From Octopus vulgaris (taxonomy: Eukaryota), in the NCBI GenBank assembly GCA_951406725.2, contig OX597814.1, positions 180,668,001 through 180,732,000 on the forward strand: a stretch of DNA of 64,000 nucleotides, in the 5' to 3' direction. The position numbers and the translations under genes were made by a program. This document shows positions 39,545 to 53,745 of this stretch, in pieces; position 1 is the first letter of the stretch; every line of letters begins with the position of its first letter. A model generated the notes under the pieces. The model did no database searches and had not been told where the DNA came from. It saw nothing but the letters and a program-made list of their open reading frames with translations.

Positions 39545-41700
39545 GAAAGCTCTACCGACGGGAAATGTGGTAGAAAATTATCGAACAATCACCTTCTTCA
39601 ATCTGTTATGGAATTTTTTTTTTATCCGAGAAAACATACAATCATTTGGTGCAAAAGAAATTATTGTCAGCTGAACAGTAAGAGTCTTTTAGCAGCAAGC
39701 AAAACACACCAAAGCCCATCTGATCATAGACAATAGTATGATGGAAGACAGCAGGCAACGACTGATGGTTCTCAGTGTTTGTTTGACGTGCTAGGAAACG
39801 AACTTCATGCTGGACAAAAAACTCGTTAAATGTGGTATATTCTAAAATAACTATTTGTTTCCTATGATATTTGTTAATATGTTAACACCTATCTCAATGA
39901 CAACTGGAAAAAATCAGCATGGACTACAAACTAGGGAGAAGTACATCTTCAAATTTTTAAAAGGAAAACCGACTATTACAGTTCGGAAATTAAAAACGGG
40001 TTTCAACGTGAGCCATGCTATCATTTATCGTGGATTGAAAAGCCTTGGTAAAATGTCAAAGGTAGAAAATGGGTCTCGTATAGTCTCTCTCTACATATAT
40101 TCAGAAACAACGTGTTGACCGCTCTACATCATTGTAATTTTGGGTGCTGCAAATGCCGTTTTGAATAGTCATTACTGGAGATAAAAATGGATACTTAACC
40201 ACAAGGTTAAGCGAAAACATTAGTGACTCAGACGTGTTGAAGAGCCAGCTCAGCAATCCAGAAGTGGCCTGCATACAAGGGAAAGTCTTCTGAGCGAATG
40301 GTAGGATATACAGGGAATAATTCATCACGAGCTGCTAGACGATAATCAATCAATAACAACCGATCTGTACTCCCAACAGCTAACACGTTTGAAAGCAGCT
40401 TTGCGGCAAAAACGTCCATCAATAACAATCAGAAGAGGAGTCATCCTCCAACATGATTATGCTAAACTGCACACTCACAAAAGACCAAAGATCTCCTAGA
40501 AAAAAATTGCTAAGGAATTTATGCATCACCTATCATATTCTACGGACCTCGCACCGACAGATTACCATCTCTTTATAAGTTTAGAGAATCGTTTGAGTAA
40601 ATTAAGAAGTCTAAACTTAAGGAAACTTATGAACGTGGTATTAAAATGCTTATTGACATATGGAAAGTGGTCGTAGAGAAGAATGGGGGCTATATTAACG
40701 ATTGAATAAATCAGATATTGTTTTTTTTATTGTTTTATTGGGCCTTAAAAACAAACAGAACTTTCGTTACAACCTGTTACTTAAGAAGATTAAAGTTTGT
40801 ATTGTAGTCCAAACTTATCACACTCATATCAAGGAATTTCATAAATGCGATAAATCTTTGCATGATGAATTGAACGAAAGTTGAAAAACACGAAAAACAC
40901 GAATTATACATACAATGCTTCATCGGAAAGTAAATATCAGTTGCTTATAAATGAAAAGGAAAATTCAAGAGAGTAGACTTATTCGCATTTCTTATATGTA
41001 TGGAGAGCAAAATTCAGCAAATTACTATTTTAATCAAGGTGAAAAAGAATGATTTAAATATGTTGTAACAGAACTAGGAATTGTGTTGAACTTGAAAAGA
41101 AGAAGGTGTACTGGAGCAGGATAATTTGTGAAAGAAAGGAACTTTAGTAGAAATGCGGTTGTAAGGCGACATCAAGAATATGAAAAATTATAATTCATTG
41201 TGGGAGTAACTCCAAACCGAAGATTTAATAACAGAAACTGGGAGTTTATTGGTGGCTGTTCAAGATCAACACTAATTGAGTGAATAATGATATTTGTTCC
41301 ACTGCTTCAACGAGCAAGTAGTGGCAATGCAATCAAAAGTATAGAACATATTTAGCAGGCTGCCAAATATTACCTCAGAAACAATACAAGCGTTGGCATG
41401 ACTATTTATGCTGGTAACTTTATAAAAAAAATATGGATACAATACTTTAGACGAGTGACATAATCACGTACCAGAAAAGGCTTAAATGAGCCTGGTAAAT
41501 CAGAAAATTCTGAGTTTTACATCCAGACAATCTGAATTTTACATCTAGACAATAATTGAAGAGAGCAAATAACATACACATGAAAAAGAGTGCCGCATGA
41601 TAGAGAATTCTCTCAGAGAAAACCTTTCCAGACAAAGAAAATTTAAATATGTTAATCTAAAGTTAGAGATATCAGGAATGTAGGAATGTCTAGCGATAAA
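39545..41700 (+). mobile_element. Decayed R4/Dong-like LINE relic interrupted by a mariner relic
   Basis: NYRTIT (RT NYRPIT) at ~39577; ETGSLLVAVQDQ for ETEGLIVAAQDQ at ~41235. Confidence 0.55.
39800..40778 (+). mobile_element. Mariner relic
   Basis: VITGDK; ILQHDYAKLH; SYSTDLAPTDYHLFISLENRL; TIR-like end aactttcgttacaacctgtta. Confidence 0.75.
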
Positions 41701-41703
41701 GCC

Positions 41704-42280
41704 ATCATCATCATCATTAAAATCCCTTAACTGATGCAGCCAGTCGTTGGGGTGCCACTCTAGACGCTTTCATAGTCAACCGTCGCCACTGGTTTCTGTT
41801 TTCTGTCATGTGTAGCAGGTTCGCTGTGCTGTAAACTGTCCGGTCCTTGATGCTGTCAAACCAGAATTTTCTCTGCCTGACTTTTTCACCTTCCCACTTT
41901 GACCAAGGACGGCATATCTCAAAATGATTCAGTTTAGCCTCTGCTGCCATGACGAAACAGGACAACCTATGGAAAAGCAATTCCATTATTTTCCCAACAA
42001 GATTTAGTGTGTATAAACACTAGTGACTTCGATCCATCTGTATGGGTGTGAGAACTGGGCTCTTGCAACTGACATGGAGTGATGAATCCAAGCATTTGAG
42101 CATAATTGCTTCAGAAGACTATTGCACACCCGAACACAGGGTACAAAACGAACAGTTTTGTCAGACAGCAAGTCGACAAATACACTGGCAGACAGGAACC
42201 ACTCCTTATGTAGATAAAAAGACAAAGGCTCGCTTTGTACAGTCATGTATCATGCTACAACTCCATGTCCAAAGGTAAAA
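41704..42280 (-). mobile_element. RTE-like LINE 3' fragment with a (TGA)n tail
   Basis: EGEKVRQRKFWFDSIKDRT...TENRNQWRRL, ending in tgatgatgatg. Confidence 0.7.
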
Positions 42281-42992
42281 TCATACTAGTTATTATCGAA
42301 GAATTAGCGTCAATTCTAAAAAAAAACTATCGTACCACCAGGAACGGTTGGACGAGAAGATAGGTATGCAAGGGCTCTAAAACTCTCCCCGTCCCCATGA
42401 AAAAGGCACTTTCTCTTTAAGGCCTCGGTTAAAGCTTCACAGTTGGGTTGAAAAAAAATAACAAAAACAACTATTTTATATTCATACTGCGCAATGAAAT
42501 AATGGTTTCTAACTTAGGCACAGAGCCAAAAATTTTGAGAGGTGGCGGGTAGTTGATACCACCTACCCCTGTACTTGGCAGGCACTTTGTTTCATCGATT
42601 CCAGTAGGATGAAAAGTAATGCTGACTTCTGTAAGATTTTAACGCTAAACGTGAAGAGCAGGAACAAACCGCAAGACATCTTGTTCTACGTTCTAACGAT
42701 TCTGCGAGCTACAAGTGCACAGATCTGAGAGATATGGGATGTGGTCGAATGAATTGACTCTAGTTCTTCATCAATACTTATTTTAACGACTTTGCGAAAT
42801 GCAAAGTCAACTTTGACTGGATTTGAACTCAGAAATCTTAAATGTGTGCAAGAAAATGTCTCAGAGTATATTTGTTCGCCGTTTTGTCGATTCTGCCAAA
42901 TAATGGTTACCGCCACATTATTTCTACAGAATCATATTTCAGTGTGGATTACTTCACTTCTACTGTCTATATGAAGTGAAATCTACTTCACG

Positions 42993-43032
<40 letters not shown>

Positions 43033-46000
43033 TTATCTATCTATTTATCTCTCTCTCTCTCTCCCTGCTGCTACCTCTCTTCCAGTGTGTCGTCCACCTT
43101 CTCCCTCACTCTCCCCCTTCACTTACACCTTTCTCTCTCTGTCTGTGTCTCCCTATGTCTTTCCCTCATATTAATATTTCTCTTTAATCTTTCTTTCTAC
43201 CTTAATCTTTCTATATTTCTTTCTTTCTCCCTCTCTTTCTCACACATGTAGACACACTCTTTCGATCTATTTTTCTCTATTTTATTCTCTCCATCATTTT
43301 TCTTTTTCTCACATTTAGATTCGTTAATTTACAAATATATAGTCTGTCTTTCGCCTCCATTGCCTGGCTGGCTGACTGGTTTACTGGCTGGTTGGCTAGC
43401 TGGCTGGTTGGCTGGCTGGATGGATGGATGGGTAGATCTTCAAGAGAAATTATTATTCTGACGGTTTCGAATTGGAAGACTAAAATAAAGTTGGTTGTTA
43501 TAAACTGCAGATAATCCATTCAATTTCATTGATTTGCAATTACATAGTCCTGGTTAGAGCTGCAATGATATTAAATAGAGCAAAGCAGACGTTCTGCTTC
43601 ATAGTCGATACCCTGCTGGCGCTGTTTTTGCATATCTCTCTCTCTCTCTCTCTCGTGAAAGCCTGAATCAATAAACTTGCTGATGATCGCTATATCCTAT
43701 AGCACTGTTCCTGTTGCCGCTTATGTTTCTAACTCTTTCAGCTCACTCCTTCTACATAACCATACTACATATTGTTATTTCTGTGCCCTAAATTAACAGC
43801 TTCAGTTTCCTATACTGAAATGCAGCTGTTAGTTGTGCTATTTGTTTACTGTGGTATTAACATAACAAAGACAATGTAACGAAAAAAAATCTGAACTCCA
43901 AGTCTATCTCTGTATAGTTCAGTTATATATGTATCCCTTCAGCACCAACCTTATCCGTCAACCCTCCAGTGTAGATAAAACTTCTTCCTTATTAAAAAAA
44001 AGTATGATTTTTTTAAAACAAAAACATCAGAATCTGAATGGCTGATCGGATATAATATTGATTTCTAACATAAGTACACGACCAACAAATCTGCTGGGGA
44101 GGGGTCTAATCGATTAAATCGACTCCAATAGTAGAATAGGCGGCAGATTGGCAAAGTCGCCTACAAGGCAGTGAATTGGTAGCATATTCAGAGCGTAGGT
44201 AAAAATACTTTCCGATGTTTGCTTCTGGGTTCAGATCCTTCCGTTGCCAGTTCTCACTTTCATTCTTTTTCAGCATTGATAAATAAAACATCAGTTCGGA
44301 TAAGTGGATGGGCGGAATTCTTAGAACATTAGATGAGAATTCATACTGAAACTGATCTGTCTCTTTCTTTTCTAAGTTCAAATTATGTCTTGGGGTTGAA
44401 AGCGAGAGCTAACCACGCAAGCGAGAGCAAACCCATCCAATCGGCAATTGGTCAATGTGCAGTATGGCATACATAACCAGCAACGGCATGTCGAAGTGTC
44501 ATTCAAATGCAAGAGAAAATATGTTGAATGGATTGTATTTGAGTGGTAATTATTTAACGGAAAGATGAAATACAAAGTCTATTCCGGCAGGATGTGAGTT
44601 AGAAATTTAACGTGAGCTAACAGGTATCACTAGGCATTTTTCCAACAAGTTATCAATGCCTTACTGCATCTGCTGCGGATGAGGATGACGACGACGACGA
44701 TCATGATCTTGTCTTTATAAAACACAAGAAATATGTGAGGGGTGGCACAAATAAGTTGTGTAAATACAAGACTAAGAGAGAAGTAAAAGGCGTTATACAA
44801 TCAAGGTGGAGGCGTGTTACCAATTTATAAAACACGCAGTCACATAAAATGAATTTTGATATGATATTCAATAATTAAATAGGAAATAAAACACGGAAAA
44901 CAATTTTAATTTCCCTCTTCGGACGTACTGCAATATACTCGAAGGTAACCGTTGACACATTTTGAATGGAGTGAGTTAGATAAATTACAGGATACAACTA
45001 CTTCACTTCATTGTAACATTTTCATTTTTAATTTTAGTAATATCCCGTCTATTGTGCATCTTCTATATTCCAAAACCCGACAGTTACTGTAATCAAAGCA
45101 TCATTGGAATACCCCTTGCTCCACAGTTGTGCATTTCTGTTTATTAGATCTTGGTTCGATATTAGAAAAATTATGAAATTTATCATCATTGCCTTCAATA
45201 TTGTTTTGAGGAAGGACTTCGGTGTTGTTTCTAGGAGGGCGCCTTTTTTGCTGTTTTCTGTTGACGTTAACCTTTCATTTTGTGATTTCTTTCTAGTTTC
45301 GGCTTTTTGCGTTCCTCCAACAGCCTGAAGATTTTTCTCCGCAATCATCATCGCTTCTTCGTCCCAAGATCATGAAATGATGCTGATGGCTTTTACGGTT
45401 TGGCATTTCTACAAAATACCTGCTCACTTGTTATCCGCATCATATACAAGATGACCTCCTCCAACATTTCCAAAGCCGTGACTGAGTTATTCGTGAAATG
45501 GGTGGGAAGCTTGTTATTATTTCTGCCTCAGCTGCTCTCTACTGCTTTCCTAACCTCTGCTTTTCTGGCTTTTCCACTTCTTCAAAAAGCCTTCAAGTGT
45601 TTTTTTTATTATCATATACATAATATCTCTTCCTATTATCCTGCACCATCAGCCCCATAGCATTTGATTTGATGTCCTCAGCTGCACTCAACTCTGCTTT
45701 GACTTTGTTGCTTTGGGAGAACATGAGGATTTGCAGATCTCTCCTATTCACTCCAGACCACATGACCCTTGTCATCATACCTGCGTTAACCACCAGACCA
45801 TACTGTAATACAAAGGTGGTCAGGGACCAAAGTCGTTTCCGATATCACTAATCATCACCCTCGTATTCAACTGCTCTAAATAGTGGGGCTTAATAGTATA
45901 GATGGAGGTATGCCTAGATTTTTTAACTTGTCGTTTTGGTTCAATCCTTGACCCTAAGAATATGACAATGTTTTACCATACTCAATCGAGAAAATTATTT

Positions 46001-46355
46001 TCAATATTTCATATAGTGCTTCTTCCAGTTAGTGTTTCGACATGAAGCGAAAACTCCTGCCAAACCTCTTCAAGCTCAACTCAATTATTTTTTTCTTTTT
46101 CCCATCTCATCATTAGATCCTGAATCAAAGAGATACTGTTTGGTTTCACACAATTCCTCCAATCAATTGTTTTTAGGAAATTTTGTCAAATCTGAAAAAA
46201 CTTCGTCTGTGTAAGAACAGAGGCAAAACTGGTTGCCTGAACACTGCTGCTATATAGATTATGTAAAATATGTGCTAGTAATATTGCTCTTAAACTAATC
46301 GAAATAATTTCTTTTTCTATTAAATTTTCATTTAACGATTAATAACCATTTTTAA

Positions 46356-46588
46356 GGCGGCGAGATGGCAGAATCGTTAGCACGCCGGGCGAAATGCTTT
46401 GCGGTATTTCGTCTGCCGTTACGTTCTGAATTCAAATTCCGCCGAGGTCAACTTTGCCTTTCATCCTTTCGGGTTTGATTAAATAAGTACCAGTTACGCA
46501 CTGGGGTCGATATAATCGACTTAATCCATTTGTCTATCCTTGTTTGTCCTATCTGTGTTTAGCCCCTTGTGGGTAGTAAAGAAATAGG
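46356..46588 (+). mobile_element. SINE family A, full length with TSD
   Basis: Box A-like ggcggcgagatggcagaatcgttag and box B-like gaattcaaattcc. TSD ttaataacca(t/g)tttt. Confidence 0.9.
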
Positions 46589-47162
46589 TTAATAACCAGT
46601 TTTTCTTTTTATTGTAAGCGCTCAATCTATGATATAGTTTGATTTTGTGTTATGTTTCTTCTTTTTTTTGCACTGTTGTATTATTTTCCTGTTTTGAGGG
46701 GTGCATTGTAGAAGTCTAATAGATATTTTAATGTGAAAATATCGTCAAAATGTGAAAGCTAATAAATTGAAGTATTTGTAAAATCAAACTGCTTTTGTCT
46801 ATCTCCAGGTATTGGAATCAGACGTCTACAAATAACTAAAATCCATACTGAAAGCACTCCGAAGAAAGAATTTTTCCTCTGGTAATTACTTAAAATAAAG
46901 TCTCGGTCGGAGTGAAAATACGTTCAGACGCCACGACAGTTAATAATAAGAATGCTTTCTTTATAAACCTCTAAAGGTTTACAAAAAGATCGAAGACGGT
47001 ACAGAATAGAAAAACGCAATACAATGTGGGCTTACATTAAAACATAAAAAGTGGGTTTACTTGTTTATATTACTTTGAACAACTTTTTCTTCGTGTAATT
47101 TAGACTTCATTATGAGAATGTAATGTCTGTAAATATGTTATCGCATTAGAAGGATTGTATAT

Positions 47163-49186
47163 CAAAATGTCCTGAAAAATATTCATTTCGATCTTCAAAA
47201 AAATGTGTTTTTAATTTTTTTTTTAACTGCCTGTGCTCAGTTCAATTTCATGGCTTTTTACGGATGGGGGATATAGATATCCCACTGGAAAAATGCCTAT
47301 ATTGTAAGAACATTAACAGCTGCTACGGTATCTATTTCTAATATCTTGGCGAACTGAATAAACGTACGAAAGTGTTCTGATCAGAAGTACAACGAAACAC
47401 TATTCGAAGTTTGACCCGTGAAAACTATCTTGCATCAAAACAGCAATATTTAAGTTGGTTGATTGCTGCAATTCATATTGTGTTTTTGACACTTTTTCAT
47501 TTTTCGAAAGTAACTATAGAAACCGGGTAAAGTTCCGGCTTTATGACTACGCAGAGGGATTTGCTTTGATTCTTTTAAGAACATATTCTAATCTGAAACA
47601 GCAAGATTCAAAGTTAATAATCTTTGGCATATATATCTTCATGTTTATAATTTGTCATGGACGTGGTTTTCAGCATAGACCTAAGATATTTTCAGCCAAT
47701 TATTTTCATTTCACTTTTTGTTAGCTCCCGACTTGTGTTTATGCAAAATATTTTTGTCGTTAAGCATTTTAAACTGTCATATCACAGAAAGCTTTTCAGT
47801 ATTACCGTTATTCCTCATATAGTGGAGGCGCAATGGCCCAGTGGTTAGGACTCGCGGTCGTAGGATCGCGGTTTCGATTCCCAGACCGGGCGTTGTGAGT
47901 GTTTATTGAGCGAAAACACCTAAAGCTCCACGAGGCTCCGGCAGGGATGGTGATGATCCCTGCTGTACTCTTTCACCACAACTTTCTCTCACTCTTACTT
48001 CCTGTTTCTGTTGTACCTGTATTTCAAAGGGCCGGATTTGTCACTCTCTGTGTCACGCTGAATATCCCCGAGGACTACGTTAAGGGTACACGTGTCTGTG
48101 GAGTGCTCAGCCACTTACACGTTAATTTCACGAGCAGGCTGTTCCGTTGATCGGATCAACCGGAACCCTCATCGTCGTAACCGACGGAGTGCTTCCCCTA
48201 TTCATCATATATTAGAATACCAAGAAAAATAACTCAAAGGAAAACTTTAAAAAAAGTTATAATTTAATTAGGAAAACGATTGAACCGGATAGGAGATATA
48301 AACTGGAAGAAAAACGTGGGATGAAACTAGAGGACTACATGTTTTTTATACCGATATAGGAAAGAAGGACAGGTAAGTGATGTTATCGGATGGGGCCGTT
48401 AACATCGCTTTCATTTCTCATTTTCACAATTTTTCATCTTTCATACGTTTCTGTATTTTTTTTAATGTTTTGTGTCCGCATTGTTTGTGATGTCCCCCTC
48501 TATGTAAACCTTTCATGGGAAATTTAAAAAATAAGTATTACCGTTATTCATCAGTAAAACAAAATGATAAACAAGCCAGAAAACTCGAGCTTACGAACGA
48601 TCAACTTCAAAACAGTCGTTCGCCAACTGTTGTTAGTAAAATCTCAAAGAATTTAAATTACCAACTATCTTACGTCAGTATGTAACGCAATAAAAGCATG
48701 TAACACAACAAGCATGAACGACGCATCAGTTACCTCTGAGTCGGATATCGGCTCAAACAGAATCAAACTGTATGATTTTAGTTTATCATGAGCTCTAGGA
48801 CTCATAAGGCCGGAACTTTACCTGGTTTCTATAGTTACTTTTGAAAAATGAAAAAGTGTCAAAAACACAATATGATCTGCAGCAATCAACCAACTTAAAT
48901 ATTGCTGTTTTGATGCAAGATAGTTTTCACGGGTCAAACTTCGAATAGTGTTTCGTCGTATTTCTAATCAGAACACTTTCGTACATTGCTTCAGTTCGCC
49001 AAGATATTAGAAATAGATACCGTAGCAGCTGTTAATGTTCTTACAATAGCAGCGTTTTTCCAGTGGGATATATATATATCTCCCATCCGTAAAATGCCAT
49101 GAAATTGAACTGAGCACAGGCAGTTAAAAAAAATTTTTTTAAACATTTTTTTGAAGATCGAAATGAATATTTTTCAGGACATTTTG
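47163..49186. mobile_element. Unclassified element with ~385 bp inverted repeats and a nested SINE
   Basis: 47163-47546 is the reverse complement of 48802-49186, with few mismatches. Confidence 0.7.
47823..48196 (+). mobile_element. SINE family C (tRNA-Arg-like head; possibly an octopus OR-type SINE) with TSD
   Basis: ggaggcgcaatggcccagtggttagg...ggtttcgattccc carries A/B boxes. TSD tattc(c/a)tcatata. Confidence 0.85.
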
Positions 49187-49423
49187 TCACGCACTCTGAA
49201 ACATGAAAAATCGCTGAATTTTTATATGGATAAGTGCCATCAATAGATTACATTTATTCACATAAAAAAAAATCTAGTGTGATTAGCATCAATAAGATTT
49301 AAATCAATAAAGTTCAAAGCGCCATAAGATATTTCTTGTCACAAACGCACTCACTTCTCTTGTATTTCACTTTCAACTTGATATAAATTGTTTAATACAA
49401 AAAGTTCAATTGTGTAGTGAAAA

Positions 49424-49965
49424 TATTCTTTTCTACTCTAGGCACGAGGCCCGAAATTTTGGGGGAGGAGCCAGTCAATTACGTCGACTCCAGTACGCAA
49501 CTGATACTTAATTTATTGACTCCGAAAGGATGAAAGGCAAAGTCGATCTCGGCGGAATTTGAACTCAGAGCGTAAAGACAGACGAAATACCGCTAGACAT
49601 TTCGCCCGGCGTGCTAACGTTTCTTATTTCTTTACTGCCCACAAGGGGCTAAACATAGAGGGGACAAACAAGGACAGACAGACAGATTAAGTCGATTATA
49701 TCGACCCCAGTTCGTAACTGGTACTTATTTATCGACCCCGAAAGGATGAAAGGCAAAGTCGACCTCGGCGGAATTTGAACTCAGAACGTAGCGGCAGACG
49801 AAATACTGCTAAGCATTTCGCCCGGCGTGCTAACGTTTCTGCCAGCTCGCCGCCTTATTCTTTTCTACTCTAGGCACAAGGCCCGAAATTTTGGGTGAGG
49901 CGACCAGTCGATTAGATCGACTCCAGTACGCAAAGGTACTTAATTTATCGACCGCGAAAGGATGA
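49424..49965 (-). mobile_element. Tandem cluster of SINE family A (dimer plus partial copy)
   Basis: Three consecutive family A bodies at 49424-49622, 49623-49855 and 49856-49965. Confidence 0.85.
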
Positions 49966-50094
49966 TGAAGCGAAAATATCAGAGCAATGCTTTCTGTCGT
50001 GCATGTTCTTTTGTTAAATCCCTTTGGTTCCAAACTTGAATCGAATTCAGTAAAAAGAAAAACTAGTAAAGGACCTTTAAAACGTACTGGTTTG

Positions 50095-50160
50095 TTTGTG
50101 ATGTGAAACTGAATTGTTTGTGATGTGGAACTGAATTGTTTGTGGTGTGGAACTGAATTG
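50095..50160. repeat. 22-bp minisatellite, three copies
   Basis: Unit tttgtgatgtggaactgaattg. Confidence 0.85.
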
Positions 50161-50927
50161 AAAGTGAAATAAATATCAGTAATATACGTTTAATTGGCAC
50201 AATGCCAGTTTCTGTCTCTTTTTGTGTGGGAGTTCAAATGTATTTAGTTCCAGTCTATTGGCAATATTATCGTTTCAGATGGAGGAAAAACAAAAGTGAC
50301 TGCAGTTAAAATCGAACGAAGAACGAGGTAGGTTGAAACTAAACATACTTTAAAGTAGTTAGTTTTGCATTTTATTCTCAACTGCGTTAAGTGGAAGCAG
50401 ATAATACATTCAATAGATATTTAAATCATTTCTTTCTTTTGGATTTTTATTCTAAATTTTTAAAATTTAGTTTGGTTTTCATATCTAAAATTTTTTATGC
50501 TGAATGAAAAGATGGAAGGTGACTTCTGGAAGATTTGAACTCAGAAACAGCTGCCTTACAAGTACAATATTCTACTAGCTGTACCATTTCTATAAACAGA
50601 ATTACTCTTGATTTCATTTGACAAGGCCATGTTTTGCCTGAGAAGTGCGCATAGTCGACTGTTATTAAGTTCAAAATGTTACTGGTGCTTACTTTTATAG
50701 AACCTAGAAGAATGCTAAAGAAAATTAAAGGGTTCAGGATTTGAATTAGAAATGTAGAAGAACGAAATGAAACTGGCGGTATTAATCGCTTGGGAGAAAT
50801 CATAGCCTTCATTAGACAGGAAATTTTACTGATACGTCGAAATGAATTATGAAAAATCCTTTGTTATTGAATGGAGGCCGAGGGATGGCACCCGTGATAT
50901 TTGCTTATATTATCTGATAAGGTGATA

Positions 50928-51160
50928 CCTATTTCTTTACTACCCACAAGGGGCTAAACACAGAGGAGACAAACAAGGACAGACAAACGGTTTAAGTCGA
51001 TTACATCGACCCCAGTGCATAACTGGTACTTAATTTATCGACCCCGAAAGGATGAAAGGTAAAGTCGACCTCGGCGGAATTTGAACTCAGAACGTAACGG
51101 CAGACGAAATACGGCTACGCATTTAGCCCAGCGTGCTAACGTTTCTGCCAGCTCGCCGAC
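50928..51160 (-). mobile_element. SINE family A, full length with TSD
   Basis: Complete head-to-tail match. Flanks tta(t/g)ctgataa(g/c)gtgatacc. Confidence 0.9.
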
Positions 51161-52566
51161 TTGATTAGCTGATAACGTGATACCGTTGGAATTCAACATC
51201 CAGTTCTGAAAGATGATGTCTGTAGGAAAAAATAGACAGGGTCTGAGTTATAGGAGACAGCACTTGATCAGAGATGACTGAGCAAAGGAATTGGTGCTAG
51301 TTTAGGTATGAGTCGAGATCTAAGTTTGATGACAAATAAGAAATGAGTCAGATGCATAGAGAGCTTGGGTAAAGATGGTAAGTAGTTTCCTAATACAGAA
51401 GCACAAGAAAGGAAAAGAAAAAAGAAACTGCACACTGCAGGTAGAAATTCATACCTTTTCCATTAGTATTTAATTAATGAACTGAATCTACTTCAGCTAG
51501 GAATTGAAACATAATGTCGAGAGCTGAATTCATCGAGAAATGATGTTTTCGCAACAACGCTTGCTACTTGTATATGATGTTAAAGTATGATGTAAAAGCA
51601 TGAGATTTACTTCTTACCGGAGGTAGAAGTCAATGAAATAAATAGTCGGCTATACAGGTGGTGTTTAGTTAAACAGAGGAAAAACGAGTAAAAGAGGAAA
51701 TGCTATAATATATTTATTAGCCTCTCGAGAAAAGTTTGTGCCAGGAATTACAATGAAACCTGTCATTAATGGGGTTGTGAACGCATTTAAAAAAAATTCA
51801 CCGTGATCTTACTACGATAAATAATGCAAACAGAACCGCTTTTCTCGCGAAATTTAAGCCAAACTGTCAACTGAGATTTATCCTGATCGCCTGCAGGCTA
51901 ATAAGTAGGCGATTGCTCTAAGTCCAGTGTGATTGTACAGCCACATGATCATCAGTGCGTAGTGAACAGACAGACATAGCGAAAATATTCATAGAAATTG
52001 ATGACGTACAGTGGATTTTTTGTTTAATCTCAGGATGATATAGATCTTGTCTGCTTCCTTTTTTATTTAACGTACTTGAACTGATGCTAGAAAAACTGGG
52101 GTTTTGTGGAGTGGGGAAGAGATCGGAATTGTTTGGGCCACATTCATAGTGCTGGGGTTGGAGAGGTCAATTTTGCTTTTCATCCTTTCGGGATCGTTAA
52201 AATAAGCACCAGTTAAGTTCTGGGACCGATGTAATCGACTAGCCACCACCACCACCACCGAAATTTCAGGCTTGGTGCCTATAGGTAGAAAGGATCTACT
52301 ATAATAATACTCTTGTGTTTTTTTCCGTCACAACATATGAATGATAAAGGAAGGAGTGATAGACGAATAAGGAAGGAAGGATGATAGATGAATCAGGAAG
52401 GGATGATATCAATCTGGAAGTGGGATGGTGTATATTCAACGCTGAAAAGAAAAATCAAACAACGTTTCAACTCTGGCTGAGTATATGTGTGTACGTGTAC
52501 AAGGGAAGTATGTGAATGTTTGTATCTGTGATTATGTAACTTATTTTGTACTTTATTTATATATAA

Positions 52567-53745
52567 CTAGCAGTATCGCCAGGCGTTGCTCGGGCTTGTA
52601 AGGGAAATAACTATATAAGCATTTTTAGAGAGTTATAGCAAAAAAATAGAAAAAAATGCATTAAAATGAAAAAAATTATGGTAATTTTTTTTTTTAATCG
52701 TTGACTCATCGTAGACATTTTTAGAGAGTTACCTCCCTTATATAATAGCGAAAAAATGCATTAAAATGGAAAAAATGATGGTAATTTTTTTTTTAAATCG
52801 TAGACTCATCGTAGACGCGCGCTAATACGCAGAAGGGCTCGATATGAATCACGACTATAAGATACCCGGTTTTGGTTAAACTGCACCGCAAAATGTGGGA
52901 GTAGTTAGGAATCTAAATCGTAGGAGACAGACACACAACTTCACTTTTATATATAAAGACTAGCAGTATCGCCCGGCGTTGCTCGGGTTTGTAAGGGAAA
53001 TAACTATATAAGCATTTTTAGAGATGTAAAGTATAATAACCATCTCAATATGGCTAACCACAAAGGGGTTACTGTAGCTTTTTACGTTCTGAGATTTAAT
53101 AATAAATTTTTAGAGAGTTACTTCCCTTATATATGCCAAAAATGCATTAAAAATGGGAAAAATTGATGGTAATTTTTTTTTTTAATCGTAGACTCATCGT
53201 AGACGCGCGCTAATACCCAGAAGGGCTTGATATGAATCACGACTATAAGATACCCGGTTTTGGTTAAACTGCACCGCAAAATGTGGGAGTAGTTAGGAAT
53301 CTAAATCGTAGGAGACAGACACACAACTTCACTTTTATATATAAAGACTAGCAGTATCGCCCGGCGTTGCTCGAGTTTGTGAGGGAAATAACTATATAAG
53401 CATTTTTAGAGATGTAAAGTATAATAGCCATTTCAATATGGCTAACCATAAAGGGGTTACTGTAGCTTTTTACGTTCTGAGATTTAATAATAAATTTTTA
53501 GAGAGTTACTTCCCTTATATATGCCAAAAATGCATTAAAAATGGGAAAAATTGATGGTAATTTTTTTTTTTAATCGTAGACTCATCGTAAACGCGCGCTA
53601 ATACCCAGAAGGGCTTGATATGAATCACGACTATAAGATACCCGATTTTGATTAAACTGCACCGCAAAATGTGGGAGTAGTTAGGAATCTAAATCGTAGG
53701 AGACAGACACTCACACAACTTCACTTTTATATATATAGAAGAAGA
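52567..53745 (-). mobile_element. Head-to-tail trimer of ~390 bp non-autonomous Helitrons
   Basis: Units at 52567-52959, 52960-53347 and 53348-53745. Each has the hairpin plus CTAG end, and junctions read CTAG|TC on the - strand. Confidence 0.85.

Noticed and set aside
45035-45880. Possible LINE 5' region with an APE start motif (TVGFWNI) on the - strand
   Set aside because: A single weak motif; insufficient support.
47823-47890. tRNA-Arg-like sequence
   Set aside because: It is a SINE head followed by the SINE body and TSD, and it has a deletion relative to the 59.6 kb copy; not a tRNA gene.
52567-53745. Possible CRISPR-like or satellite array
   Set aside because: Units are ~390 bp with Helitron termini and no repeat-spacer structure.
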